Shown here in pieces: positions 22,317-34,002 of a stretch of DNA of 64,000 bases (position 1 is the stretch's first letter; each line of letters opens with the position of its first letter). Position numbers and translations under genes: made by a program. Origin of the DNA: an uncultured Nitrososphaeraceae archaeon (GTDB lineage Archaea; Thermoproteota; Nitrososphaeria; Nitrososphaerales; Nitrososphaeraceae). The notes beneath the pieces are model-generated. The model did not search any database and was not told the DNA's origin. It saw nothing but the letters and a program-made list of their open reading frames with translations. The DNA lies in assembly GCA_963837175.1 (NCBI GenBank), contig CAWIMJ010000050.1, positions 32,001 to 96,000 of the forward strand, in the 5' to 3' direction.

Positions 22317-22634
22317 TCAAGAAGATCGACTTAATTCATGTCTTTCTATAGGCTCAGTTCCATTCTTGTAGGTAACTTTCAATAAATCACCTACTTGATA
22401 TTTACAATTAGAAATGGTCCTAGGATGATCAGATGTATCTACCACACATATTGCATCATTTTTACTGACTACTTTTGCTTCTTGCGTTACATTTTGCCTA
22501 AATAGATCAGCAAGAGGAAAGCCAAATATAAATTGGATAAAAAGAATAGTACCTATTATCGCTAAACCAAAGATTATGAGTAACTTCTTACCAGAAATTC
22601 CTTTTTCATTGGAAGAATCAAATTCATATCCCAT
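22317..22634 (-). CDS. Membrane-anchored hypothetical protein
   Basis: N-terminal TM, then a small beta-rich domain with a Cys pair (CVVDTSD..CKYQVGD). Confidence 0.7.
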   Translation of the reverse strand: MGYEFDSSNEKGISGKKLLIIFGLAIIGTILFIQFIFGFPLADLFRQNVTQEAKVVSKNDAICVVDTSDHPRTISNCKYQVGDLLKVTYKNGTEPIERHELSRSS

Positions 22635-23185
22635 GCTATGATAAGGATATAGTATGTAAAAAAGTATATCTCATTTATGGAATATCGGCTATATATTTAA
22701 GAGTAGTAGTGTTATCTTCTCGGGACTGCGATGTTTTTGTTGAGTCTAGGGGAAAGATAGGTCAAGACCCATTTTTTTGATGGATGGTTCGAATAACCAA
22801 TAGATTTGCATAGTGATAAATTATTTTGTAACATTTTATTTACTTAGAGGAGTATATGGTATGTTAATACTATTTTAAGCGATTTTTTAAAACTAACATA
22901 AAGTCAGAAAGAATTAAAAGATGAGAATAATCTCGAAAAAATAAAAATTAAAAGAAGATAGATAAATAAAAATAAGGGTAAACAAGAAGCATAATATAGC
23001 GCTTAATTTCATCTCCTTACATACTGAGTATAATTATCACGGTTTATACAATTTAAGAGGAAGAACAACAAGAGATTTAGATAGAATGTAGTATACACGC
23101 ACACAATCTGAAAGGTTATTATTAGTTTACGATGTAATAGTTATATGAAGCATTTAATACATTCATATTCGAAATTAAATAAGCA

Positions 23186-25912
23186 TTGACTCAGCAGGAA
23201 TATTTTCAGTCAGATAAGAGAAAAAGAATAGGTGACTTACAAGAGCTACCAGAAAATACACCTTCACTTTTACTTTCAGCAATCTATTTAGGGGACGAAC
23301 AAAAGGTATATCTTAAGTTTTATGATTCTAATTCTAGTAGGATTTACTTTTGGCGTGACAGAACTAATCACAAACCGTATTGCTATACAAAGATGCAATA
23401 CAGAAATGCAGCTGAAAAAATTGCTGAAATAGAAAAAAAATATTCATTAGAACTGACAAAAAAATCTGACTTAATATCTGACAAGGAGATAGATATACTA
23501 AAAATAACTGCTCCTGACCCATTATCGATTGGAGGAACTGAAAATAGCATCAGAGAAAAAGTAACATCTTGGGAAGCAGATATAAAATATCATGAAAATT
23601 ATCTATACGATACAAGACTTATTCCTGGATCATATTATATTAGGAAAGGAGAAGAAATAAAACAATTCGAATACGAAATTTCTAATAAGGTTCAAGAGGA
23701 GCTAAAAAATCTATTATGGAATAAAATAAAAGAAGACGAAGATAAAACTAAAAACAGAGAATATCGACAATACATTACTAGCTGGGCTAACCTTCTCAAT
23801 CAGCCTATTCCTGATCTTAAAAGAGTTTCAATAGACATTGAAGTTGAATCAGAAGAAGGGAGAATGCCTACTCCACGAGAGCATGAGAGACGTATTATCG
23901 CAGTTGGATTTGTGGCAAATGATGGATTTAAAAAGGTACTCGTCCTAGAACCGGACAAATCTCATGATGATGGTTCTTCATTTATTCCAGAGGCTGAAAT
24001 TTGCAAGTCAGAAAAAGAGTTATTAGAAAAAACGTTTCAAATCATTAATTCTTATCCGATCATCGTTACCTACAATGGTGACGATTTCGATCTTCCATAC
24101 TTGTATGCTAGATCTCAAGATCCAAGAATTGATCCTATTGGCAAGGAGATAATACCAAAGGATGATATTCCAATAGTAATTAAAAGAGAGACTTTTGTAA
24201 AGCGTGGTATACAGGCAGAGCCTGTTCAAACAAAGCATGGATTGCATCTCGATTTATTTAGAACATTCCAGAATAGATCGGTACAAATCTATGCTTTTAG
24301 TCGCAAATACACAGAATATACACTTAACGCAATTTGTGAAGCTCTGTTAAATGACAGCAAAGTTGAATTCGATGGTGATATTAGCGAACTCCCCATTCAA
24401 AAGCTGGCAGAGTATTGTCTTAAGGATGCTGACCTGACTTTTAGATTGACGAGTTTTAATGATAATTTATTAATGAAACTTTTAGTGGTTATCTCCCGGA
24501 TAGGTAGATTATCGATCGATGATGTTGCTCGCTTTGGTGTTAACCAATGGATAAGAGGAATGTTATATTATGAACATCGTCAGAGAAATGCGCTTATCCC
24601 ACGACGAGATGAACTTCAAGCGAAAGGAAGCTCATCGACTACCGCAATTATAAAAGAAAAAAAATATCGCGGTGGTTTGGTAGTGGAACCTGCGCTAGGT
24701 ATCCATTTCAATGTGGTTGTTGTGGACTTTGCAAGTCTATATCCAAGTATCATCAAAGTACATAATCTTTCGTATGAAACAGTAAATTGTCCACATCAAA
24801 GTTGCATGAATGACTCAGGCCAGCGTATACCAGGAACTACACATTGGATATGCAAAGAAAAGAGAGGTTTGACTTCTCTTTTGATCGGCTCACTACGAGA
24901 TTTACGAGTGAATTATTACAAATATCTTTCTAAAGATAAGACTATACCTGTAGAAGAGCAGCAATTATACAACGTCGTAAGCCAAGCTATCAAAGTAATT
25001 CTTAATGCCAGTTATGGAGTAATGGGTGCCGAAATCTTCCCGCTCTATTGTTTGCCTGTAGCTGATGCAACTGCCGCAATCGGAAGAACAACGACAACAA
25101 AAACGATCGAAAAATGTAAAGAGATAGGAATTGATGTAATATATGGTGATACAGACTCACTTTTTTTAAAAAACCCTTCTTCAAAGAGTGTTGATGAAAT
25201 ATCTGTATGGGCTAGAAATAATCTTGGTATAGATCTTGAAATTGACAAGCAATATAGATATGTCGTATTTAGTGATCTAAAGAAAAATTATTTAGGGGTT
25301 CTAGCAGATGGTACAGTAGACGTCAAAGGTCTAACAGGAAAGAAATCTCACACTCCTCCATTTATACGGAATGCATTTTACAAAATATTGGACATTTTAG
25401 GAGGTGTAAATTCAACGAATGATTTTGAATTTGCTAAAGAACAGATTAAAAAGATTCTTCAAGAAAATGCTAAAAACCTGGAACGCGGAAAGATACCTCT
25501 AGCAGATTTAAGTTTTAATGTCATGGTAAATAAATCCCCAAATAAATATGGTAAAAAGACTACATCATCTGCTAATAGTAGACCATCTTCGCTCGACGGT
25601 AATAGAAATGACCACCACGAAGTTGAAACATATAAAGGGTTACCTCAGCATATCAAAGCTGCAAAATTACTGCTAGATAGTGGAAAGGAAGTAAAAGCTG
25701 GAGATATAATTTCCTATGTAAAAACAAAAACTGGAGACGGAGTTAGACCCGTTGATCTTTTAATAAGGACAGACGATATAGACACTGAAAAGTATCTTGA
25801 TACAATGGAAGCAACTTTCGATCAGCTTCTCTCATCCTTAAACTTCGATTTCAAATCTATATTGGGCAAGCCACGACAATCTAATTTAGACGAGTTGTTT
25901 TGGAGTAGATAG
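23186..25912 (+). CDS. polB: Family B DNA polymerase (archaeal PolB1 type)
   Basis: Exonuclease motifs DIE and YNGDDFD. Polymerase motifs DFASLYPS, KVILNASYG, YGDTDS, KKNY and VKG. Confidence 0.97.
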   Translation: MTQQEYFQSDKRKRIGDLQELPENTPSLLLSAIYLGDEQKVYLKFYDSNSSRIYFWRDRTNHKPYCYTKMQYRNAAEKIAEIEKKYSLELTKKSDLISDKEIDILKITAPDPLSIGGTENSIREKVTSWEADIKYHENYLYDTRLIPGSYYIRKGEEIKQFEYEISNKVQEELKNLLWNKIKEDEDKTKNREYRQYITSWANLLNQPIPDLKRVSIDIEVESEEGRMPTPREHERRIIAVGFVANDGFKKVLVLEPDKSHDDGSSFIPEAEICKSEKELLEKTFQIINSYPIIVTYNGDDFDLPYLYARSQDPRIDPIGKEIIPKDDIPIVIKRETFVKRGIQAEPVQTKHGLHLDLFRTFQNRSVQIYAFSRKYTEYTLNAICEALLNDSKVEFDGDISELPIQKLAEYCLKDADLTFRLTSFNDNLLMKLLVVISRIGRLSIDDVARFGVNQWIRGMLYYEHRQRNALIPRRDELQAKGSSSTTAIIKEKKYRGGLVVEPALGIHFNVVVVDFASLYPSIIKVHNLSYETVNCPHQSCMNDSGQRIPGTTHWICKEKRGLTSLLIGSLRDLRVNYYKYLSKDKTIPVEEQQLYNVVSQAIKVILNASYGVMGAEIFPLYCLPVADATAAIGRTTTTKTIEKCKEIGIDVIYGDTDSLFLKNPSSKSVDEISVWARNNLGIDLEIDKQYRYVVFSDLKKNYLGVLADGTVDVKGLTGKKSHTPPFIRNAFYKILDILGGVNSTNDFEFAKEQIKKILQENAKNLERGKIPLADLSFNVMVNKSPNKYGKKTTSSANSRPSSLDGNRNDHHEVETYKGLPQHIKAAKLLLDSGKEVKAGDIISYVKTKTGDGVRPVDLLIRTDDIDTEKYLDTMEATFDQLLSSLNFDFKSILGKPRQSNLDELFWSR

Positions 25913-26293
25913 CGTTATGGTTGTTCAAAAAGCAGGTGTGATATATATCTATCTATCTACCTATCTATCTCTCTATATTTATTTATTATATCATTATGTG
26001 TCTAAAAATACTACCATACAAGCATTCTTCAATGATTTTATTAGGATTCTATTATTTGAAGAAAAGAGTATTTGGTGATGATTCTATTAAATTCAAATAA
26101 AAAATAAATTTGTTGATCTAGATATGAGATAGAAACACACAAAAAAAGCAAATGGCAAAAGAACTAAGATTTCTTATTTAAAAGACTTTATTTATAAAAT
26201 TCATCCATTCTTTCACTGTGCGAAGAGAAGAATGTATCAATGGATATTTGTGCTTTTGAATTGATAATGCCATCTGACAGATTGAATGAAAGG

Positions 26294-26324
26294 AAAGGGA
26301 TTTGTTGATCCAACAAATCCCTTT
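26294..26324. repeat. Perfect 14-bp hairpin/palindrome
   Basis: AAAGGGATTTGTTG-ATC-CAACAAATCCCTTT. Confidence 0.85.
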
Positions 26325-26653
26325 ATACTTATGGTGGGATGGGTGTATTTCTTACTCTAAAAACATTCAACCTATTATTAATTATAATTTGAAAGGTTTG
26401 ATCCTATTTCCTATGTGATATGAATTTAAATCAGAAAATAGAAAAAAAGTCTATTATTATTATATTTTATCGTTAAACTGAATTATCAAGCTACAGATTT
26501 ATTACTAGTGGGAGCACGTTAATAGCTTTAAAATAAAGTAAGAATTAATTTCCTTTATAATCTGAATTAGCCGAGAATTAATACATAACTTAGTGTGGAT
26601 ACATACTAGACAATCCAATTTTAATCGAAGAAAAGCATTTAAATCTTTTTAAT

Positions 26654-27637
26654 TTGTGGTTATCATTGAAGACTACTTTAAATTTTCTTGAGCCTCTATT
26701 TATCATTCCTGAAAAAACAAATGCTGGATATAGTTTTGCAGATACTCCTTTCAGGATAACATTCGATGAGTCAACTGTTGTGTTGTATGGTGTGCCCTTA
26801 GATATTACAACTACTTTTGGCAAAGGAGCTGCAAGAGGGCCGGAGGCCATTAGGCTGACTTCTGCTCTTCAAATTGAAACGTTTCTTTTAGATGAAAAAG
26901 TCGATATCTATGAAAGAGCCAAAATTTTTGATCTAGGAGATTTAAGAATTCCTCTACCAAAAAATAAAAAAGTAAATGAAAGTTCTATTATTCACTCTCT
27001 CAAATACCTAGATAAGACAATTCCTGAAATTACTGACAGATTAGTCAGATCAAATAAATTACCTGTAATCATGGGTGGAGAACACACCGTGACATACTAT
27101 TCTCTCAGACCATTAGCAAAGATAAAACCAATTGTTATTCACTTTGATGCACACAGGGATATGAAACCTGAATACAATGGTATGAAGATCTGTCACACTA
27201 CTCCTTTTTATCATTTAATGAGAGAAGGATATATTCCAGGCTCCAATATTATCCAAATTGGAATAAGGCAAACTGATAAGCAAGAAAATAAGATAGCAGA
27301 AGAAAATGGGGTTGTGACATTTGATGCTTGGGAAATACATCGAGATATTGATAATGTATTAAATTATCTTAAATCTGCAACTTTTAACAAGAAGGTATAC
27401 ATATCATTCGATATAGATGTGTATGATATTCCATATGTGCCATGTACTGGTACCCCAGAACCATTTGGGTTGAATCCCTTTGAAATTTTAGAAATAATAA
27501 AAAGTTTAGATAAATCCTCAAAACTTGTAGGCATAGATATTGTCGAAGTCGGTCTAAGAAACAGCGATTATAGAGAGGGAACACTTGCGACACAAACGTT
27601 ATTTAGATTACTCTCACATTCTTGTATTACCCATTAA
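26654..27637 (+). CDS. speB: Agmatinase (ureohydrolase family)
   Basis: GAARGPEAIR, GGEHT, HFDAHRD, SFDIDVYD and TGTPEPFG motifs. Confidence 0.88.
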   Translation: MWLSLKTTLNFLEPLFIIPEKTNAGYSFADTPFRITFDESTVVLYGVPLDITTTFGKGAARGPEAIRLTSALQIETFLLDEKVDIYERAKIFDLGDLRIPLPKNKKVNESSIIHSLKYLDKTIPEITDRLVRSNKLPVIMGGEHTVTYYSLRPLAKIKPIVIHFDAHRDMKPEYNGMKICHTTPFYHLMREGYIPGSNIIQIGIRQTDKQENKIAEENGVVTFDAWEIHRDIDNVLNYLKSATFNKKVYISFDIDVYDIPYVPCTGTPEPFGLNPFEILEIIKSLDKSSKLVGIDIVEVGLRNSDYREGTLATQTLFRLLSHSCITH

Positions 27638-27805
27638 TAGATAATTTGTAACTCTAGGATCATCTTATTACATTCTAAATTTCTTTAAAATAGTCAGTCT
27701 TTCTAGTACCCACGGTAGAATATAGTATATAATATACTAAAATAATTAGGAAAAAATGAAATAGCAAATATGAGGGGTAAATGATATGAAAATCAAAAGC
27801 AACAA

Positions 27806-29341
27806 TTATTGCCCATCGATAACTGATCTAAAGTATATATCGCCGTTTCCTGTTGTAGTATCGCTCCATACTATATATCCGTTATCTTGAGACGTTGCTA
27901 TGCGCGGTAAGATAGAGTTTCCTTGATTATTACTTAAATTAACGGCTTGACTGAAATTTTTACCCTCATCATTACTAACGGTAAAAAAGATGTCAAATAT
28001 TCCTGGATATGTGCGTATGTAGAGGCCACTCCATACTACATACAATTTAGTTTCTGATGCAGCAATTTGCTGATAGTCTGCCACTTCGCTAGTATTTTCA
28101 CTTAAAATTTTTGTATCTGTTGTATTTGCTCCATTATATAAGATTCCTCTAAATCTCACTTCCCAATTTAAAGAAGTGCCCTCTCCTGCAGTATTATCTT
28201 CCCAAACAGCATACATATTCTCTCCAGATATGGCTGTCTGTGGATCAAATGAATCACCTGGATTTTTTGTTAAAACCTTTGTATTTGTAAAGTTAGAGCC
28301 TCCATTAGTACTCACCCTAAATAGTAGATCAAAATTCTTAGAAGAGTTACTATTTCCAGAACGGGAGTTATCTTCCCAAACGATATAAACTGTATTCCCA
28401 GAAGCAGCGAGTTGCGGAGAATTTGCGTTCACATCATTCTTTTGACTCAGCACTCTAGTAATATTAAAATTATTGCCATTATCATTACTAGCCCTAAATC
28501 TTATTCCTCCTCTATCAGCGGTTTCATCTCGCCATACTACGTATATATTATTCCCTGTAGCCTCAACCTGCGGAAAATGCGCCGATCCATTGAGATTTCT
28601 ACTCAAATTTTTGAGCGAAGCAAATGAAGTACCATTATCTGCACTCGATTTAAAATATATATCGCCGTTTCCTGTTGTAGTATCGCTCCATACTATGTAA
28701 ACGCTATTTCCCATGGCCGTTATTTGAGGATGCGTTGAGCTACCGTTATTATTGCTCAAGTCCTCAGTAGGATAAAATAAATTACCTTTATCAGAACTTC
28801 TCTTAAAATAAATTTGATCCCTTCCTGAACTATTGTCAGTCCATACAACATAGACGTTATCTCCTTCTGCTGCTATCTGTGGATTGTCAGATCGTCCAAC
28901 GTTATTACTCAAGTTTTTGATGCTGTTAAATGAAGTACCATTATCTGCACTTGCTGAAAAGTAAATGTCATCGTTTCCTGAACTATTATCACGCCATACA
29001 ACATAGACATCACTTTCAAAAGTCGTAATTTGAGGATTAAATGAAAAGCCAGTATTGTTGCTTAAATTAGTAAGATTACCCAAGAGCTGAGCATGAGCGG
29101 GTTGAAATAACAATAATAATGGTAACGTATTAGTAGAATTAACAAATACTAAAAAAATTGTTAGTGTTGCTAATATAATACCTAGAGTATAGATATTTAA
29201 TTTATCTGTAAAAAATATAGGCAGGACAATAGTCTCTTTCATGATAGGATCTTCTTTGTCATAGTTAAGGGAAACGACCTTTTTAAGTTTCTTAACCGAA
29301 CGAAAGTATTGAATGTAATACTTGAAACATTTAAAGCACAT
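27806..29341 (-). CDS. Secreted BNR/Asp-box (sialidase-like) repeat beta-propeller
   Basis: Repeated NLSNN.G.S..PQI....N.VYVVW.D...G..DIYF..S.DNG.SF units after a signal peptide ending AHA. True start probably a downstream ATG. Confidence 0.88.
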   Translation of the reverse strand: MCFKCFKYYIQYFRSVKKLKKVVSLNYDKEDPIMKETIVLPIFFTDKLNIYTLGIILATLTIFLVFVNSTNTLPLLLLFQPAHAQLLGNLTNLSNNTGFSFNPQITTFESDVYVVWRDNSSGNDDIYFSASADNGTSFNSIKNLSNNVGRSDNPQIAAEGDNVYVVWTDNSSGRDQIYFKRSSDKGNLFYPTEDLSNNNGSSTHPQITAMGNSVYIVWSDTTTGNGDIYFKSSADNGTSFASLKNLSRNLNGSAHFPQVEATGNNIYVVWRDETADRGGIRFRASNDNGNNFNITRVLSQKNDVNANSPQLAASGNTVYIVWEDNSRSGNSNSSKNFDLLFRVSTNGGSNFTNTKVLTKNPGDSFDPQTAISGENMYAVWEDNTAGEGTSLNWEVRFRGILYNGANTTDTKILSENTSEVADYQQIAASETKLYVVWSGLYIRTYPGIFDIFFTVSNDEGKNFSQAVNLSNNQGNSILPRIATSQDNGYIVWSDTTTGNGDIYFRSVIDGQ

Positions 29342-29825
29342 TTAGAGCAATAAAATTATGGTCACTTAAAATTCATTTAGATATACGTATAATGTTGTTA
29401 TTGTTAGTTGCTATCGCAAATAATATAGCATACTCTTAAGTTGTTGGAATTAATTTAATTATTGTGTCTTGCTCAGTAAAAAGAGAAAGAATACAAAGAT
29501 CATGTTTTATGAAATTATACCATTTTCACAATTTTCTCTACATTAAATAATCTTGTTTTGACACGATTGTTTTATCGAGACGCTATACCAATTTTTATTT
29601 TCTAATTTCTATATTGAATGATGCCTGCATCAAGTTTTATACTGTACACGTTATGTTACTATTTATTCTAATTATTAATTTTATATGTAATATTTTTTTT
29701 CTTAGACTATGATAACCCATATATAAATATTATTTCAATATATCTATTTCCGCAAAAAAATTGTTATTTTTTATCTACTAGTTTAATCAATTGGAGAAGA
29801 TATAGATATTGTAAGAGCAGTGGCA

Positions 29826-31379
29826 CTAGTAATTGCTTCTAATTTCAATTTCTTTTGCTGCTCCGGGGTTTTGCCGCATACTTGCAAAAGGATATATTTT
29901 AAAATTAAACTTAGTTTTGTCATCTGGAACAAGTATGTCTAGTGTTTGTGAATTATCATAGAGAGATTTCATTACAGTCGAGGAACGTCTTTCAGTATTT
30001 GACATGAGTTTCTTAAACTGTTGGTCGGCAATGAGAATATATCTTTCAGTTTCGAGCGGCTTTCCACTGAACATGCTTCTGTCATAAAAGGCCTTGTCAA
30101 AGCCGTGTCTGGGCATCGTAAAATAAATTGGAGATGCTACCAATGATACTGCAGTAGTACTATTAGTATCATCTTTATTTGGTAACTTTTGAACAATTAC
30201 AGCCAATGCTTTATACACAGATGAATTTACATTTGTCGTAATTAACATGGTAGTAGATACCAATCCAAAAATTATAATTCCTGAAATTATAGCAAATGGC
30301 AATGTTTGCTGAAGATTATATTTCTTGATAATTTTTATTTTACTTGGTAGCTCTACAAGAAACCTAGATGCTGCAATACAGAATGCAGGAATTAGCGGCA
30401 TCACGTGAAATGCCGATACATAGCCTATAAAATAAAGAAATATGAGAAATGGAACAACCCACAATAAAAGAAAGAAATCTCTTTTTACCGCTGCATAAAT
30501 CAAGCCAGCCGTACCAAGCACAAGCAAAATGGGATCATTTTGAAAAAAGGTTTTTATTGTTCCACTTAATGGACTACTTGGTCGTCCCGTCGTTTGCCAT
30601 AAGACACCATGTATCCATTGATCAAATTCTCCAATTATCATGGCATGAGCAGGCCAAATTAATGGAATTAAAATAACAGGGATAAACCATAGTCCAAGAT
30701 TTCTTAGCTTATGGCCATTAGTATTATTAGTATAAATTAGAAAACCTACTAGCGGAATCATTGTAAAGACAGGAACTTTTGTAAAGATTGACAATCCTAA
30801 AAATGCGCCAGAAAGTAAAATCATAGAAATTGCTTTATATCTGGCAGCGTTATTGTTATTTTCTATCTTCAAGTCTTTTACATAAATTGCCAAAAGTATT
30901 GAGGTTAGAAGGAAAGGCACTTGAATTGTCTCCAAGAATATCCTTCTAAAGAGCCAGCCATAAGGTATTACAGCAAAGAGAATAGCTGCAACTAGAGCAA
31001 CATTTCTGTTATGATAGCGACGCTCGGTTATCTTGTAAATAAGAAAAGTATCAGCTACTGCAAGTAATCCCATCAACACTCTTGGAACAAGATAAAGCAT
31101 CTCTACTGAGTGCAGTACACCATTACCAGTATCAGAAAGGTTCAATGAATCTGGATAACCAACAATTCCTAATACACCTGCCAAGAAAATTTGTCCAAAA
31201 TATGGAGCTGCATAGCGGTGTAGCGGGTCTATCCCTGTACCATCCAAAATAGACATTGCCTTTCGCATATAGTGACCTTCATCAATATGTGCAGAGGGAA
31301 ATCCTAAAGGATTCCAAAGATGAGTAAATGCTGATAAAGCTAGTGGTATTGCCAGTAGCAAAATGTTTCTTTGCCGCAC
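29826..31379 (-). CDS. GT-C glycosyltransferase (ArnT/PMT-like)
   Basis: HIDEGHY luminal motif and many TM helices. Confidence 0.85.
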   Translation of the reverse strand: MRQRNILLLAIPLALSAFTHLWNPLGFPSAHIDEGHYMRKAMSILDGTGIDPLHRYAAPYFGQIFLAGVLGIVGYPDSLNLSDTGNGVLHSVEMLYLVPRVLMGLLAVADTFLIYKITERRYHNRNVALVAAILFAVIPYGWLFRRIFLETIQVPFLLTSILLAIYVKDLKIENNNNAARYKAISMILLSGAFLGLSIFTKVPVFTMIPLVGFLIYTNNTNGHKLRNLGLWFIPVILIPLIWPAHAMIIGEFDQWIHGVLWQTTGRPSSPLSGTIKTFFQNDPILLVLGTAGLIYAAVKRDFFLLLWVVPFLIFLYFIGYVSAFHVMPLIPAFCIAASRFLVELPSKIKIIKKYNLQQTLPFAIISGIIIFGLVSTTMLITTNVNSSVYKALAVIVQKLPNKDDTNSTTAVSLVASPIYFTMPRHGFDKAFYDRSMFSGKPLETERYILIADQQFKKLMSNTERRSSTVMKSLYDNSQTLDILVPDDKTKFNFKIYPFASMRQNPGAAKEIEIRSNY

Positions 31380-31849
31380 GTTAACTCTAATATATTGACT
31401 TAGGTACAGAGTTTATACTTACTTTATTGTCCTTTTTATATCTTACATTCTTCGACATCTTAAAAGCAAAGTATATTTTTCCCAGTATGACTTAAATCAA
31501 AACTAGCGGGGAATATTCAGATCAAAAAAATGATAAGGTGAAATGTCCCTCATCAATTTCTTTTATTTTTGCTTTCTATATGTGACACTTTCTTTACAAC
31601 GAGAGCTTCTACTCGTTATTAATCTATAAGAAGAATAGCCTCTGAGAAAATAGATGATTTCACAGATTAAAATTGAAAAAGATTATTTCTCGATTTGGAT
31701 TTTTATAGAATTTTCTAATGGTACAACATTCTTGGTGATTCTATTTCTTTGTAAAGAAACACAATTTTTGTAATAGCAAAACAATTCCTGAAAAATGGCT
31801 ATGATAGTCTTATATTTGAAATCTGAATTCAGAATTAAGACAGCTTATT

Positions 31850-32301
31850 AACTTGATGCTATCTCCTATCGCAGCAGAAGAGTATAAACAAATTAATGCG
31901 GCTAAGTTTTGATATAGCTATATACAAAAGCAACCAAATAGTTGGCCATACATGATGCATAATTTCTCAGTTCAAAATGTTTGTAAACATTATTTTTAAT
32001 CACATAATTGACTAATGATTAGTAATAGTCGAATATGCCATTTGTCGATTGTTATCTATCCCCTTCTGAAAGACTAAGAATAGCATAAAATTTCCTTCAG
32101 CTCTTGTGGACCATTTCTTGCAATTGACAAGGATTATCTGGCTTGTTTCTCTAATGCAGCTTCTGGTTTTAGATAATCGAGAAATATTCTGAATCGACTA
32201 GGATATTGTCTTCTTGACTTTGCTGCTGCTTTTAGAGCATACATAAATAATGTGATGGGGTCTCGCTCGTCTTCTCCAATAGACAACATAATTATTTTCA
32301 T
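31850..32301 (-). pseudogene. Decayed tyrosine-integrase N-terminal remnant
   Basis: MKIIMLSIGEDERDPITLFMYALKAAAKSRRQYPSRFRIFLDYLKPEAALEKQAR* resembles the N-terminus of Nitrososphaeraceae integrases as I recall them. Frame broken downstream. Left limit approximate. Confidence 0.5.
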
Positions 32302-32507
32302 GTATTATTATGACCTGGTGCTAGTTGAAATGTCAAGATTATTTTTGGGTTGAAAACGATCAGAATCAATATGTCATGATAAATTAGACTTTGCATTTAT
32401 ATGTTTTATCAAACCTGAAGCTAAATACTATAGATGGAAGGAAAGTTTCGATTGTTATTATGTTTCTTAGATAGACAAAATCTACACTGGCTCTGTTGGT
32501 ATCTATT

Positions 32508-34002
32508 CTATAGAGAAGCCGATATTTTATAAATTGATCCAGAATAGGTAAGAACATACAGATTACCATCATACGGGCTAACTTTTATATCAGTAATTAC
32601 ACCAAATCCTTTTCCAAATATTGTTTCCTGCATTTCATCTGGAGTATCTGCAATTTTATCTGCAAGCGGACTACCAGCAGCAAACAACAATCCTGTTCTT
32701 TCAGGATTTAATTTAAAATTATAGAGCCAGCCAAGATTAGTATCACCTATGAACATAGTATTTTGGTATTGTTTTCCTAACTTGTCGGAGTTGAGGAATT
32801 TAAGTGCAGTTACACCAAGTGGTGCAGTCCAAACAAACTCTGGATCGCTATATTGGCTATTTGCACCAAAATTAACTAAATCAGTAGCAGGATTTATTGT
32901 TGCTGTTGAATCTGTTGCTGCTGTTGTCTCTGATGAAGAATCTTCTGAATCACCTTCTGATCCTTCTGTACTTGCATCTTTTACAAACCCGTGAATCTTT
33001 GAATGTCCGCTATTAAATCCTGGTTCAACTAGGTTAATTTCATCTGCTGATGTAGGACCATTCTCTGTATCCCATAATTTTCCAGTCATAGGATCAAAGT
33101 CCATTCCAAAAGTATTACGTATACCATAGGCATAGTAGTAAGGACTCATTGGCTGTGTGGATCCTAATGGAGGATTTGGTTGTACTTGACCATCCTGTGT
33201 CACTCTAAGTATGCCGCTAGTTCCATCAAGTGGTGCTCCATCAAGAACATTCTGAGCTTGACCCTTGTGAACTACAACATTACCAATACCAACATATACA
33301 TAATTATCAGTAGGGTCAATCAATACTTTACCACCATAATGGTCTCTTGAAGCAGCTTCTCTACCTGGTGGTGGATGAGCTGGAAGATCCAAAAGTAATT
33401 TTGGATTTACTAACTGATTGTCTACTAACTCATATCTATAAAGACGATTGCCTAATACATTTTCTTCTGAATCAGCGTCAACACCATCTGTTGCGCCGCT
33501 AGATTCAGTATAGTATAAGAAAACATAGGTAGGGCTTATAGTGTTGCTCGCTGCATTTGTGTTGCTATTATTGTTTACCCTTGCAGCAATTCCTAACATT
33601 CCTCTCTCCTTTAGATTAGCAACGCTCACATCAAGAAGTGCTTCTGGATTCAATTGGCCATTTATGATTCTCTTTACCATACCTGTATTTTTTTCTGTCA
33701 CCAAAATGTCATTTGGACCCACAAATGCCATACCAGTAGGGTAGTCAAGTCCAGTAAAGATTTGTTCTAATTTTAGATTAGGATCATTAAGTGTAGGTCC
33801 TTCTGGGAGAGGTTTAGACTTGGTATTATGAATTGTAGTAGGGATATCATCTGTAGAACTAGTAGTGGGAGAATCAGAAGAGCTAGAAGCTTGTGCTAGA
33901 TTTGCTATTGGTAGATAGCTTAGTGTTAAAAGTAAAATTAATGATAGAAGAAAACCTGTAAGAAGCTGAGCTTTTATATTCCTCGTAGAAAAATGATGGC
34001 AT
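32508..34002 (-). CDS. PQQ-dependent sugar dehydrogenase (GSDH) with a frameshift just after the start
   Basis: ERGMLG, HYGG, YAYGIRNTFG, WDTENG and DEIN motifs. Frame is open upstream of 33731 through a signal peptide. ATG 34002 joins if one A is removed from the A5 run at 33989-33993. Confidence 0.88.

Noticed and set aside
25540-25640. Insertion in the PolB C-terminal region as a possible intein
   Set aside because: Only about 25 aa, low complexity, no Cys/Ser...His-Asn splice motifs.
25940-25976. (ATCT)n microsatellite after polB
   Set aside because: Short, imperfect low-complexity sequence with no sign of function.
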